Below are positions 1 to 9,504 of a DNA stretch of 48,313 nt, in pieces. Position 1 is the stretch's first letter, and each line of letters starts with the position of its first letter. Source of the stretch: Fimbriimonadales bacterium (GTDB lineage: Bacteria; Armatimonadota; Fimbriimonadia; Fimbriimonadales; JABRVX01); contig BTVI01000024.1 in the NCBI GenBank assembly GCA_045862955.1, positions 1 to 48,313 of the forward strand, in the 5' to 3' direction. The translations under genes were made by a program, and so were the position numbers. Below the pieces are notes generated by a model, which saw only the letters and a program-made list of their open reading frames with translations, was not told the DNA's origin and made no database searches.

Positions 1-36
1 CGTATGTGCCCTTCCCTCACCGCACCCAATGGCGAC

Positions 37-791
37 GTCATGCTGAGCTTGTCGAAGCATGAGGGCGACAGAGGGGAACGTCCCTGCTGAACCGCAAGGC
101 GGGCGGCAGGCGGGGTCATGCTTCGACAAGCTCAGCATGACGGGTAGGGGTGTGGCGGGTAGGGGCCTGGCGGGCAGCCGGTGTGGCGGGTAGGGGTGCG
201 GCGGGAAAGGCTAGACGGGTAGGGGGTGTTAGATGTTGGCGTTTCGGGTACTCCATGCCGCGGCCCGCGTGCGCCGACTAGCAGCGACCGACCGAATGCC
301 TCGAACCTAAGGACCGCGCCGGGGCCAGAGTCGGGACACCCGTGTCGGTGCCACCATCCCCTCGCCGTCCGCATGATGGCGGGCTCCGGTGCAACGCCTG
401 CGGCTGGCGGTTGCATGCTTCGACAGGCTCAGCATGACGGATAGGGGTGTGACGGGTAGGGGCCTTGCGGGCAGCCGGTGTGGCGGGTAGGGGTGCGGCG
501 GGAAAGGCTAGACGGGTAGGGGGTGTTAGGTGTTGGCGTTGCTGGGTGTCGAGCCCGAACGATGTCATCGGAAGCCGTCCACCGGTCGCAACTAATACCG
601 TCCTTCTGAGCCTCGTCATGCTGAGCCTGTCGAAGCATGACGCCCCGAACCGTATGTGCCCTTCCCTCACCGCACCCAATGGCGACGTCATGCTGAGCTT
701 GTCGAAGCATGAGGGCGACAGAGGCAGACGTACCTGCTGGAGGGCAGGGCGGGCGGCAGGCGGGGTCATGCTTCGACAGGCTCAGCATGAC
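37..791. repeat. Cluster of REP-like palindromic repeats GTCATGCTGAGCYTGTCGAAGCATGA within longer direct repeats
   Basis: Copies at 37-62(+), 116-141(-), 414-438(-), 615-640(+), 687-712(+), 766-791(-). 1-143 recurs at 651-793; a G-rich block at ~132-242 recurs at ~429-540. Confidence 0.9.
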
Positions 792-1310
792 GGTTTGGGA
801 CGCTGCGGGTGCGGTACCGCCTTCCCAGTGACCCGCCCTCTCGCGCTGGTGAGTGGAGTAGGTACCGACTGCTGAGCGTTCAGGACCACCGACCCACCCG
901 CTGGCAGCGGTGAGGGTTTGCGTGCTTCGATGTCAGCGCGAAGCGGCGATGCCGAGGCTGAGCCGCGTGCTGCTCGGCCGGGGCCGGAGCGAACGCATGG
1001 AGTGGCGGCACCTCGATGCCCCGGCCCGCGTCCCGCGCACTGCGCCGCCATAGCGTACACGGCCGAGCCTAGAAGCCAAAAGTCGTGAGCCTCGGGTTGC
1101 TCCGGCGCTCCCTGGGTTCACGGCAGGTGGAGGGGCTGTTCCAGCCTACCGGGACGCGGGCCGGGGCATGGAGCACATCACCTGAAGGGCGAAATTACGG
1201 GCGGCCTAGCCGGTAAGTGTTCACCTCCGTGACGGCGAGCTGACGACGGGGTCTCTATCCCTCTCCACACGCAGAGGATGGGTTGGTGGGACACCGTCAC
1301 GCTGGAAACC

Positions 1311-1337
1311 GTCATGCTGAGCTTGTCGAATCATGAC
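1311..1337 (+). repeat. Further copy of the 26-bp REP-like palindrome
   Basis: GTCATGCTGAGCTTGTCGAATCATGAC, one mismatch to the consensus. Confidence 0.85.
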
Positions 1338-1580
1338 GCCCCGAGCCGCTGTGTCCGTCCCAAGCGTCTGTCCACCTGCTTCAGAAGCAGCAGCCCGGCG
1401 TCCGAAGACACCTTCCCGGCATCGAAAGCGAGCGCGATCTCACGATTGTCAAAAGGAAGAACGAAGTCGGCGGTCGAAGTGCTCATCTGGGGTGCCTCCT
1501 GTCGCAGGTTAGCGCTTTCAACTACCTATTCGGGAAGAAACGGTGTGCACCCCTCTTGAACCTGTCACGAATGATCCGGG
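1331..1580 (-). mobile_element. IS1380-family remnant: left end plus truncated transposase N-terminus
   Basis: ORF 1486->1331 after an AGGAGG RBS encodes MSTSTADFVLPFDNREIALAFDAGKVSSDAGLLLLKQVDRRLG, matching the IS1380 FDxGxxSSDAGLLLL..DRRLG motif. CCCGGATCATTCGTGAC at 1580->1564 resembles an IS1380 terminal IR. Confidence 0.8.
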
Positions 1581-1678
1581 CTAGACCTCTCCCATCTTGC
1601 CGAAGTTGATCAGCGCGACCCCTGCATGGAACGATGCTGCCGGGCACCGGTGAAGGCGCGAGCAATCATGAACTATGC

Positions 1679-2095
1679 TTATCTTCGGACCAGGTAGCCC
1701 TCGGGATGCGGTGCGTGGGTGTTGGCGATGGTCAGTAGGTGGAGCGGGCCGTCGTGGTCGTACCAGACGGAGCGTTCGCGGCCCCAGTAGGTGTGGAATA
1801 CGTTGGTGCCGTCGGGGTGACGGCGCCATCCGTCCTCCCCCCAGCCGGTGATCAGCGCAACGTAGGCAGACGGTGGCAATTTGATATCGTGTCGGAAGAC
1901 GTACAGTCTATCTCCGCGGGTGAGGGGGTCGCTCGAGTGGATCCCGAGATCATCGGTGATTAGGTAACCGAGGAGGGGTATGCGTCGCACTCCTTGATTC
2001 TGCAGGAGCACGAACTCCTTTTCCGGCCGCGTGGACCGCTGAACTCCGACGATACGGATCATAACTCTTGTTTGGTACCGCGATGTTAGTGCCAC
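1679..2095 (-). CDS. Small lamin-tail-domain (LTD)-like protein; start may be the ATG at 2062
   Basis: EFVLLQNQG...L.GY.ITD, yvF....l.p...v.l.TG.G and W..erSVW pattern typical of LTD domains. Confidence 0.65.
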   Translation of the reverse strand: MALTSRYQTRVMIRIVGVQRSTRPEKEFVLLQNQGVRRIPLLGYLITDDLGIHSSDPLTRGDRLYVFRHDIKLPPSAYVALITGWGEDGWRRHPDGTNVFHTYWGRERSVWYDHDGPLHLLTIANTHAPHPEGYLVRR

Positions 2096-2111
2096 TTCCC
2101 GTTCCCGCCGA

Positions 2112-2150
2112 GAAAAGAACGCGGGGAGCTCGACCTACAGAGCTCCCCGC
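2112..2150 (-). terminator. Intrinsic terminator downstream of nrdJ
   Basis: GCGGGGAGCTC-8nt-GAGCTCCCCGC stem followed by GTTCTTTTCT on the minus strand. Confidence 0.7.
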
Positions 2151-2234
2151 AATTGCAGGGAGTGGCTACGAGCAGTCGTTGCGAGCCCCGTCCTCCCGCA
2201 CGGGGTCTCGACGAAAACCTATTGTCAACGAGTC

Positions 2235-5057
2235 CTAACCGCAGCCGTAGCTCAGGCCGCAGTTCATGCATCGGTAGCAGGCCGCGTTCCGTACCATGAT
2301 CATCCCGCAGTCCGGGCATGGGGGTGCATCGGCCTGCGTCATGAACACCTGCCTCTCCTGCTCGATCAACGCCGAGCCCTTATGTTCTGGATCGCGCTGC
2401 ATGCCAATCGCAGAGACTTCCTCCAGCGATGGGCTCGGCGTCGGCAGGTCGTTCGGCAAGAACCGAAGTGCGAGCCAGCGGAACAGGTAATCCATGATGG
2501 ACTTTGCGAACGGTATCTCCTTGTTCCCCGTGTATCCGCTCGGCTCGAAGCGCGTATGACTGAACTTCTCGACCAGTGTCTTCAGTGGCACGCCGTATTG
2601 CAGTGCCAACGAGATGCTGGTAGCAAAGCAGTCCATCAGGCCGGAGATCACCGAACCTTCCTTGGACATGGTGATGAAGATCTCGCCAGGCGTTCCATCC
2701 TCGAAGAGCCCTACGGTGATATAGCCCTCGTGTCCACCCACGCTGAACTTGTGGGTCAGGCTCTGCCTCTCCGCGGGAAGCCTCCGCCTCACGGGCCGCG
2801 ATGCTTGTCCGGCGGCTTCTGCCGGTTTGCCGGTGGAAAGCGGCTGCGTTCGCTTGCATCCATCGCGGTAAATGGCGAGTGCCTTGAGCCCCATTCGCCA
2901 GCCTTCCATGTACAGGTCTTGGATGTCCTCCACCGTGGCGTCGTTGGGGACGTTCACGGTCTTGGAGATTGCTCCCGAGAGGAAGGGCTGGACGGCGGCC
3001 ATCATCCGGATGTGCCCCATCGGCGCAATGGACCGGGTGCCTTTGAGAGGGCGGAACGCGCAATCGAACACGGGAAGATGCTCTTCGCGAAGCCTAGGAG
3101 CATCCTCTATGGTGTCGTTCTTGTCTATGTGCTCGAGGATTTCTTGAACCGCGTCTTCTTCGTAGCCCAGCGTGCGCAGCGCTTCGGGGACCGTCTGGTT
3201 GACGATCTTCATCACGCCGCCGCCAACCAGGCTCTTGTATTTGACCAGCGCGATATCGGGCTCCACACCGGTGGTATCGCAATCCATCATGAAGCCGATC
3301 GTGCCGGTGGGGGCCAGTACGGTGGTCTGCGCGTTCCTGAGGCCGACGGTGGAGCAGGCATGAACGACGTCGTCCCAGATGCTCCGGGCGGCGTCCACCA
3401 TTCCTTCGGGGCAGAGGGCGGAATCGATGTCCTCCACCGCGGCTCGATGCTGCTTCATCACGCGCAGGCACGGCTCTGCGTTCTTTGCAAAACCTGGGAA
3501 CGGGCCACCGCACTTCTCGGCAATCACACCCGACTGGCGATACGCTTCGCCGGTCATGATGGCGGTGATGGCCGCTGCGTAGGCCCGTCCCCGTTCGTCG
3601 TCGTAGGGGATACCCCTTGCCATGAGGAGGGCCCCAAGGTTGGCATAGCCGAGTCCCAGGGGTCTGTAGTCATAGCTGTTCTGAGCGATAGCCTCCGTCG
3701 GATAGCTCGCGTTATCCACGAAGATCTCTTGTGCAGTGATGGTTACTCGAACTGCCGCGCGGAAACGTTCGATGTCGAAGTTCCCTCGTTCGTCGCGGAA
3801 CTTCATCAGGTTGAGGGAGGCCAGGTTGCAGGCGCTGTCGTCTAGGAAGACGTACTCGCTGCACGGGTTGCTGGCCCGGATGGGCCCGGTGTTGGCACAG
3901 GTGTGCCAGCGGTTTGTGGTGTCGTGATACTGGATTCCTGGGTCGCCGCACACCCACGCGGCCTGTGCCATCCGGTGGAACAGATCGCGAGCCCTGTACT
4001 CCTGCATAGGGCGTCCGTCGGTGACTGCGCGGGTGTGCCAAGGAAGGTCGTCCACAACCGCCTGCATGAAGTCATCCGTGACTCGAACGCTGTGGTTGGC
4101 GTTCTGGAACATGACGCTGTCGTAGGCTCCGCCCGGAACGTCGAACCCTGGGTCGTAGCCTGCCTCGATGAGAGCCCAAGCCTTGCGCTCCTCGCGCTCC
4201 TTGCACTCGATGAACTCCTCGATGTCCGGGTGGTCGATATTGAGGATGACCATCTTGGCGGCGCGACGCGTCTTTCCGCCGGACTTGATGACCCCGGCGA
4301 AGCTGTCGAACCCGCGCATGAAGCTGACTGGCCCGCTCGCCTTTCCGCCGCCGCTCAGGTCCTCCTTGCTGGAGCGAAGGGAGGAGAGATTGGTGCCGGA
4401 CCCGGACCCGAACTTGAAGATCATGCCCTCCGTCTTGGCAAGCTCCAAGATCGATTGCATGGTGTCCTTCACCGATACGATGAAGCACGCGGAAGCCTGG
4501 GGCTTCTTTTCGATGCCGATGTTGAACCAAACAGGGCTGTTGAAACTGACGTGCTGGTGAAGTAACAGGTACTTCAGCTCGTCCCCGAATGCGTCGCGGT
4601 CCTCGGGGGTGGCAAAGTAGCCGCAGTCGTCCCCCCAACGCTGAACCGTATCCACCACGCGGCCGATGAGCTGCCGGACTGACCGCTCGCGAGATGGGCT
4701 GCCTAGCGGACCGCGAAAATACTTACTGGCCACTACGTTGGTGGCAAGCTGAGACCAAGTGACGGGGACCTCGACGTCGGGCTGCTCGAACACGGTCTCG
4801 CCGCGCTCGCCGCTGATGCGTGCGGTTCGGGTCTCCCACTCGACCGTGTCGAAGGGGTCCACGCCCGCTTTGGTGAAGAACCGGGTAACGGAGAGGCCCG
4901 GGCCTCGGCCGAATGTCGGACGCTTCGCTTTCATCTCCGGACCTGCGCCAGAAGCTTGGGCTGTGCTGCCGTTCGCACCTTCGCCCTCCCTGTCTATCTT
5001 CACCACCGCGTGGGTACTGATCGTCTCAGTACCACTCGCATCGACTTTCTCCGTCAC
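2235..5057 (-). CDS. nrdJ: Adenosylcobalamin-dependent (class II) ribonucleotide reductase
   Basis: FNSPVWFN, SACF, GGKTRRAAKM, SNPCSEY and APTGTI motifs; TSCPD-type region and C-terminal CxxC...CxxC...GC. Confidence 0.97.
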   Translation of the reverse strand: MTEKVDASGTETISTHAVVKIDREGEGANGSTAQASGAGPEMKAKRPTFGRGPGLSVTRFFTKAGVDPFDTVEWETRTARISGERGETVFEQPDVEVPVTWSQLATNVVASKYFRGPLGSPSRERSVRQLIGRVVDTVQRWGDDCGYFATPEDRDAFGDELKYLLLHQHVSFNSPVWFNIGIEKKPQASACFIVSVKDTMQSILELAKTEGMIFKFGSGSGTNLSSLRSSKEDLSGGGKASGPVSFMRGFDSFAGVIKSGGKTRRAAKMVILNIDHPDIEEFIECKEREERKAWALIEAGYDPGFDVPGGAYDSVMFQNANHSVRVTDDFMQAVVDDLPWHTRAVTDGRPMQEYRARDLFHRMAQAAWVCGDPGIQYHDTTNRWHTCANTGPIRASNPCSEYVFLDDSACNLASLNLMKFRDERGNFDIERFRAAVRVTITAQEIFVDNASYPTEAIAQNSYDYRPLGLGYANLGALLMARGIPYDDERGRAYAAAITAIMTGEAYRQSGVIAEKCGGPFPGFAKNAEPCLRVMKQHRAAVEDIDSALCPEGMVDAARSIWDDVVHACSTVGLRNAQTTVLAPTGTIGFMMDCDTTGVEPDIALVKYKSLVGGGVMKIVNQTVPEALRTLGYEEDAVQEILEHIDKNDTIEDAPRLREEHLPVFDCAFRPLKGTRSIAPMGHIRMMAAVQPFLSGAISKTVNVPNDATVEDIQDLYMEGWRMGLKALAIYRDGCKRTQPLSTGKPAEAAGQASRPVRRRLPAERQSLTHKFSVGGHEGYITVGLFEDGTPGEIFITMSKEGSVISGLMDCFATSISLALQYGVPLKTLVEKFSHTRFEPSGYTGNKEIPFAKSIMDYLFRWLALRFLPNDLPTPSPSLEEVSAIGMQRDPEHKGSALIEQERQVFMTQADAPPCPDCGMIMVRNAACYRCMNCGLSYGCG

Positions 5058-5111
5058 GGTTCCCCCTTCCTTAGGTCACATGCGGCCCCGTTGGCCAGTC
5101 TTGGGCTCGGT

Positions 5112-5579
5112 CTAGGTGGCCGACCGCCTTCCCTTGCGCATATTCTCGACGATGTCTCGGAACTGCGCTGCGTCCTCGAACTGCAGGTACACCGAGGCGA
5201 ATCTCACGTATGCAACCGGGTCCATGAGGGCCAGGCGCTCCATGATCAGGTTTCCGATCTCGGTAGACGGCACTTCGGGCTCTCCGCTGTTGAACAGAGC
5301 GCTCTCGATATCGTCCACTGCCTTTTCAAGAACCGCGACCGCGATGGGCCGCTTCCTGCACGCAACCTCCATCCCGCGGAGCAGTTTGTCTCTACGGTAT
5401 GGCTCGCGGCGGCCATCTCTCTTGATGACCATGAGGCGCTTCTCTTCGATCTCCTCGAAGGTGGTGAAGCGTCGGTTGCATCCCAGACACTCCCGGCGTC
5501 TGCGTATCGCCGAGCCTTCCCTCACCGGTCTGGAGTCCAGGACGTGGTCATCGTCGTGACCACAATAGGGACATTTCAC
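5112..5579 (-). CDS. nrdR: Transcriptional repressor NrdR
   Basis: MKCPYC...RRRRECLGCNRRFTTFE zinc ribbon, ATP cone, VAYVRFASVY; directly upstream of nrdJ. Confidence 0.98.
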   Translation of the reverse strand: MKCPYCGHDDDHVLDSRPVREGSAIRRRRECLGCNRRFTTFEEIEEKRLMVIKRDGRREPYRRDKLLRGMEVACRKRPIAVAVLEKAVDDIESALFNSGEPEVPSTEIGNLIMERLALMDPVAYVRFASVYLQFEDAAQFRDIVENMRKGRRSAT

Positions 5580-5592
5580 GGTGCTAGGCCTA

Positions 5593-5644
5593 CCGCCACA
5601 TGTTGATGCTAGGCAAGCATATCACACAACGCGTGGCGTGTCAA
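5593..5644 (-). promoter_or_regulatory. Sigma70 promoter of nrdR-nrdJ overlapped by two NrdR boxes
   Basis: TTGACA (5644-5639), 17 bp, TATGCT (5621-5616) with an extended TG. Box cores CCACATGTTG (5596) and CAACGCGTGG (5627) are 31 bp apart. Confidence 0.75.
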
Positions 5645-5854
5645 GACTGCGTTAGAAAAATCTGTTGATTCTTGGCCGGTCGCTGTGTACACGGACGGGG
5701 CGGCCGTGAACGCTGCCCCAACATGCAGTAATGTCTGCGCCGCTGTCGCATCGGAGACTCGGATGGTGAGCAGTAGAGGCTGTCTCCTCCAATGCAGGAA
5801 ATGCGGAGGTTCGAATACCCGCCACGTGGGGGCAGCGGACAAACGAAGGGGGGT

Positions 5855-6946
5855 TCAGGCAAGGGACTTGCGGAAGCGGGCCGAGGCGATGGCGACGATA
5901 ATCACCGACATCGCGACAAGCGATGCCATCCAAGGCCACAGGTCACCGAACCCCGCGCCACGGATGATGATGCCGCGAAGGATCTCCAGGAAGTGCGTGA
6001 CCGGTATCAAGAAGCTGAAGTAGTACACGATGGCCGGCATCGAAGCCCGAGGAAACATGAAGCCCGAGAGCAGGATGGACGGCAGCATGATCAGTAGCGT
6101 GCCCATCAGCGCCTGTGCCTGTGTCCGCGCCACAGTGGAGATGAGCAACCCGAGACCCAGAGCGGCGCCGAGAAACGCGAGGGACATCACCAGAAGCAAC
6201 GGCACGCTGCCATGAATCGGTACTCCGAATACCAAGCGCGCGGCGACGAGCACGGTGAGCACCTCGGCAAAGCCGAGCGCCCCATAAGGCAGAAGTTTCC
6301 CGAGCATCAGCCCTACCTTGCCGACGGGGGTCACCATGAGCTGTTCCAGAGTTCCCCGCTCCCGCTCGCGTACCAACGAGAAGGCCGTGAGGGCCACTGC
6401 AACCACCTGCAAAATGATCCCGATGAGCCCGGGCACCATGAAGTTCGCGCTTCGCGAGTCGGGGTTGAACAATACGCGCGTACGAAGTTCCACCACCGGT
6501 GTCGGCACTGCCACGCCGTACCGTGAGCCGAGCTGAGAAGCCGCCGCCTGCGCTCGAAACGCAGTCTGAGAGTCGCTTCCGTCTACCAGCACGAGCAGCC
6601 GAGGGGAGCGACCCTGTCTGAGGTCTCGCCCGAAACCAGGGGGAAACATCAGCCCGATCTGCGCTTTGCCGCTTCGGATCACCTGAACCAACTCGTCCTG
6701 GGTCCTCGCTTCGTACCGAACCCGCGCGTATCGGGTGTTCTCGAGAGCCCTCGCGAAAGCCCGGCTCTCCTGCGACTGGTCGAAGTCCAGCACGGCAGTG
6801 GGGATGTTGCGAACGTCTGTGTCGATCGCATAGCCGAAGATGGTCAGCTGGACGATGGGGATGAGTAGCGCGAACACGACGGTCACGGGATCACGTCGGA
6901 GGTGGATTAGCTCCTTATAGAGGACCGCGCCGAAGCCTTCGAACAC
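5855..6946 (-). CDS. ABC-2 type exporter permease (YbhR/YbhS-like)
   Basis: KELIHLRRD N-terminus, RERERGTLEQLMVTP, multiple TM helices. Confidence 0.92.
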   Translation of the reverse strand: MFEGFGAVLYKELIHLRRDPVTVVFALLIPIVQLTIFGYAIDTDVRNIPTAVLDFDQSQESRAFARALENTRYARVRYEARTQDELVQVIRSGKAQIGLMFPPGFGRDLRQGRSPRLLVLVDGSDSQTAFRAQAAASQLGSRYGVAVPTPVVELRTRVLFNPDSRSANFMVPGLIGIILQVVAVALTAFSLVRERERGTLEQLMVTPVGKVGLMLGKLLPYGALGFAEVLTVLVAARLVFGVPIHGSVPLLLVMSLAFLGAALGLGLLISTVARTQAQALMGTLLIMLPSILLSGFMFPRASMPAIVYYFSFLIPVTHFLEILRGIIIRGAGFGDLWPWMASLVAMSVIIVAIASARFRKSLA

Positions 6947-6949
6947 GGG

Positions 6950-7897
6950 TTATGCCTCCCCCGCCAGTTGCGCAGTCAGCGTTACGAACACGTCCTCGAG
7001 GTTGGGCCCAATGTCGCGCACCTCCGGGCTCGGCAATCCGGCCGCGAGTGCGGCGCTAGTGATCTCCTCATGGGACGTTTCGGTCGGGACGAGCAGATGC
7101 ACGCCCTCGCCGAAGATCGTGGCATCCGAGACGAAGGACAGCGAACGGAGGGCTGCCAAGGCATCGGTGGCCCGGCCCGCTCGGACTTCGAGGCGCTTCG
7201 TACCCGGCGGGTTCACGGCGGGCATCGCTTTCAGCTCTTCCGGTGTCCCGAGCGCGATCAGGCGAGACATGTAGACATAGCCCACGTGAGTACAGCGCTC
7301 CGCCTCGTCCATGTAGTGCGTCGTGACGAAGAGCGTCTTGCCCGCTGCCGCAAGGCGGAAGAGCAGGTTCCACAGGTCGCGGCGGGCTACCGGATCGATC
7401 CCGGCTGTCGGCTCGTCCAGGAAGAGCGTCGGCGGATCGTGCACGAGTGCCGCTGCAAGTGCCAACCGCTGTTTCCACCCGCCAGAGAGTGTGCCCGCGC
7501 GCTGGTTGCGGCGGTCCTGAATACCCACGGTCTCCATAGCTCTCTCGCACGCGGCAGTGAGCTCTCGACCCCGCAGCCCGTACACACGGGCGAAGAATCC
7601 CACGTTCTCACCGACCGTTAGGTCGTCGTAGAGGCTGAACTTCTGGGACATGTATCCGATGGAGCGCTTGATCTTCTCCGGCTCTCGGCGAATGTCGAAG
7701 CCGTTGACATTGGCCGTACCTTCGGTAGGCTCCAGCAGGCCGCATAGCATGCGAATGCACGTGCTCTTTCCGGACCCGTTCGGCCCGAGGAAGCCGAAGA
7801 TGCTGCCCCGAGTGACCTGAAAGGTAATGTCGCGCAGGGCCGTCAGATCGCCGAACCGCTTGGAGAGCGCCCGGACGTCAATGGAGACTTCGTTCAC
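6950..7897 (-). CDS. ABC transporter ATP-binding protein
   Basis: GPNGSGKS, LSGGWKQR, LFLDEPT, TTHYMDEAE. Confidence 0.95.
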   Translation of the reverse strand: MNEVSIDVRALSKRFGDLTALRDITFQVTRGSIFGFLGPNGSGKSTCIRMLCGLLEPTEGTANVNGFDIRREPEKIKRSIGYMSQKFSLYDDLTVGENVGFFARVYGLRGRELTAACERAMETVGIQDRRNQRAGTLSGGWKQRLALAAALVHDPPTLFLDEPTAGIDPVARRDLWNLLFRLAAAGKTLFVTTHYMDEAERCTHVGYVYMSRLIALGTPEELKAMPAVNPPGTKRLEVRAGRATDALAALRSLSFVSDATIFGEGVHLLVPTETSHEEITSAALAAGLPSPEVRDIGPNLEDVFVTLTAQLAGEA

Positions 7898-9351
7898 CGT
7901 GCGGCCAACTCGGACAGGCGGACTTCCACCGACATCCCCGCTCGGAGGCGGCGAGAGCGGTCCTGAAGTCTGATCTTGACGGCGAACACCTGCAGCACAC
8001 GCTCTTCCGGGGTCTGCACGTTGCGCGGTGTGAACTCCGCCTGTGTGGAGATAGACTCGACGACCCCGCCGAAGCGCTCAGTCGGGAATGCATCCGCACG
8101 GAGCCCGACCCTGTTCCCGACCTCGACGGCTCCTAGGCGATCTTCCGGCACGTACACTTTCACCCACAGATCGTCTGCTGGTTGCAGTACGGCCACCTCG
8201 CGACCGAGCGGGATGAAGTCGCCTGGGCGCAGGTCCATCTTCTGGACTATCCCTTCCGTCGGGGCTCGGACGGTCGCCTCGTCGAGGGTCACCTTGCTCT
8301 GGTCGAGGGCTGCCTTGGCCCTTGCCACTGCGGCCCTTGCAGCTTCCAGCTCCTGGGCACGCGGGCCGTTGCGCGCCTCCGCAAGCGCGGCCCGAGCCTG
8401 GTCACGTCGCCGTTGTGCCGCCTCGATGTCTTCGCGGCGCGGACCTTCGACGGCCAACGACAGGCGTTGCTCGGCTTGCTTCACTCGTCTACGTGCCGCC
8501 TCGATGTCTTCGCGGCGGGGACCCTCTTGCGCCAGCTTCAGCGCCTGCGCCGCTTGTTCCATCCGGGCACGCGCCACTTCGATGTCCTCCTGTCGGCTGC
8601 CGTTAAGTAGCTGGGCGAGCGCCTGCCTAGCCACTTCCTCTTGCTCGCGAGCCACCGAGAATCGCGTGTCCGCAGCCTCCATCTGCTGTTTGGAGACGGC
8701 GTTCCTAGCAAACAGGTCGCGGTATCGGAGAGCATCCTGCTCCAGCCGCTCTCGTTCGGCGGTCGCAGCCTGTAGTTGGGCTCGGGCACGCTCGATCTCC
8801 TCGGCGCGGGGGCCTGCAACCACCTTTCGGTACTCGGCTTCTGCAGCCTGATAGGCCGCGCGGGCCTGGGCAATCTCCTCGGCTCGGCTGCCCGCGAGGA
8901 GCTTCTGCAGCTCGGCCTGCGCCAGCTCGAGCTCGGCTCGCGCCGCAGCGATCTCTTGCGGGCGACTGCCCGACGTCAGCTTTCGAAGGAGCGCATCCGC
9001 TTCTTGCGCCGCGGCTTCCAGGCGGGCGATCTGCTCCGGACGGGTGCCGGATTCCAACAGGTCGAGCTTGGCTCGCGCATCTGCGAGTGCAGCTTCTCGG
9101 TCGCGCACGACCGAGGCGTAGTCCTCGCTCTCGAATGTGAGTAGGACCTGGCCGCCGCGGACACTGTCGCCCTCACGGACGAACACTTCCTTCACGCGCC
9201 CAGCGACTTTGCTGCCGAGGGATATCTGCCGCGTCTCGATCACGCCGCTCAGCACGTCCCGCCTCGCGGCGTCGCTTCGCTGGGCCAGCCACCAGCCGAT
9301 GGCGACGGCGACGAGAACGAGCAGGACGATGGCAACCCGGAGGTGCCGCAT
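7894..9351 (-). CDS. HlyD-family membrane fusion protein with extended coiled coil
   Basis: N-terminal TM from MRHLRVAIVLL, lipoyl-like halves, AEFTPRNVQT motif, repeated G.R.E.I..A units; operonic with the ABC genes. Confidence 0.9.
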   Translation of the reverse strand: MRHLRVAIVLLVLVAVAIGWWLAQRSDAARRDVLSGVIETRQISLGSKVAGRVKEVFVREGDSVRGGQVLLTFESEDYASVVRDREAALADARAKLDLLESGTRPEQIARLEAAAQEADALLRKLTSGSRPQEIAAARAELELAQAELQKLLAGSRAEEIAQARAAYQAAEAEYRKVVAGPRAEEIERARAQLQAATAERERLEQDALRYRDLFARNAVSKQQMEAADTRFSVAREQEEVARQALAQLLNGSRQEDIEVARARMEQAAQALKLAQEGPRREDIEAARRRVKQAEQRLSLAVEGPRREDIEAAQRRRDQARAALAEARNGPRAQELEAARAAVARAKAALDQSKVTLDEATVRAPTEGIVQKMDLRPGDFIPLGREVAVLQPADDLWVKVYVPEDRLGAVEVGNRVGLRADAFPTERFGGVVESISTQAEFTPRNVQTPEERVLQVFAVKIRLQDRSRRLRAGMSVEVRLSELAAR

Positions 9352-9504
9352 GCTACTTCGTTCGCGCCGGGCCCTCCCGGTCCCTGTATACTGCTGTGGA
9401 GGTGTGGGTACACCTACCCGGGACCGCCAGCATGCTCCACGACGGCGCATGGCGGCGGTCGTTGCGCCGTCCCGGCGATAGCGTAGATCGGCGGAAGGCC
9501 GGAA

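Noticed and set aside
1..1337. CRISPR array or protein-coding ORFs in the left repeat cluster
   Set aside because: Repeats occur in both orientations with irregular, partly duplicated spacers and no cas genes; MLSLSKH/MLRQAQH peptides are just translations of the repeat.
2382..4565. Long antisense ORFs over nrdJ, and similar ones over pdhC, feoB and hlyD
   Set aside because: Shadow ORFs expected in high-GC coding DNA; no motifs.
2235..5057. Intein or intron in nrdJ
   Set aside because: Length and motif spacing are normal; no splicing motifs.
5800..5826. tRNA-like GGTTCGAAT motif
   Set aside because: No acceptor, D or anticodon arms could be built.
5645..5855. Cobalamin riboswitch upstream of nrdR-nrdJ
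   Set aside because: No B12-box or conserved core recognised, and the region is upstream of the predicted promoter.
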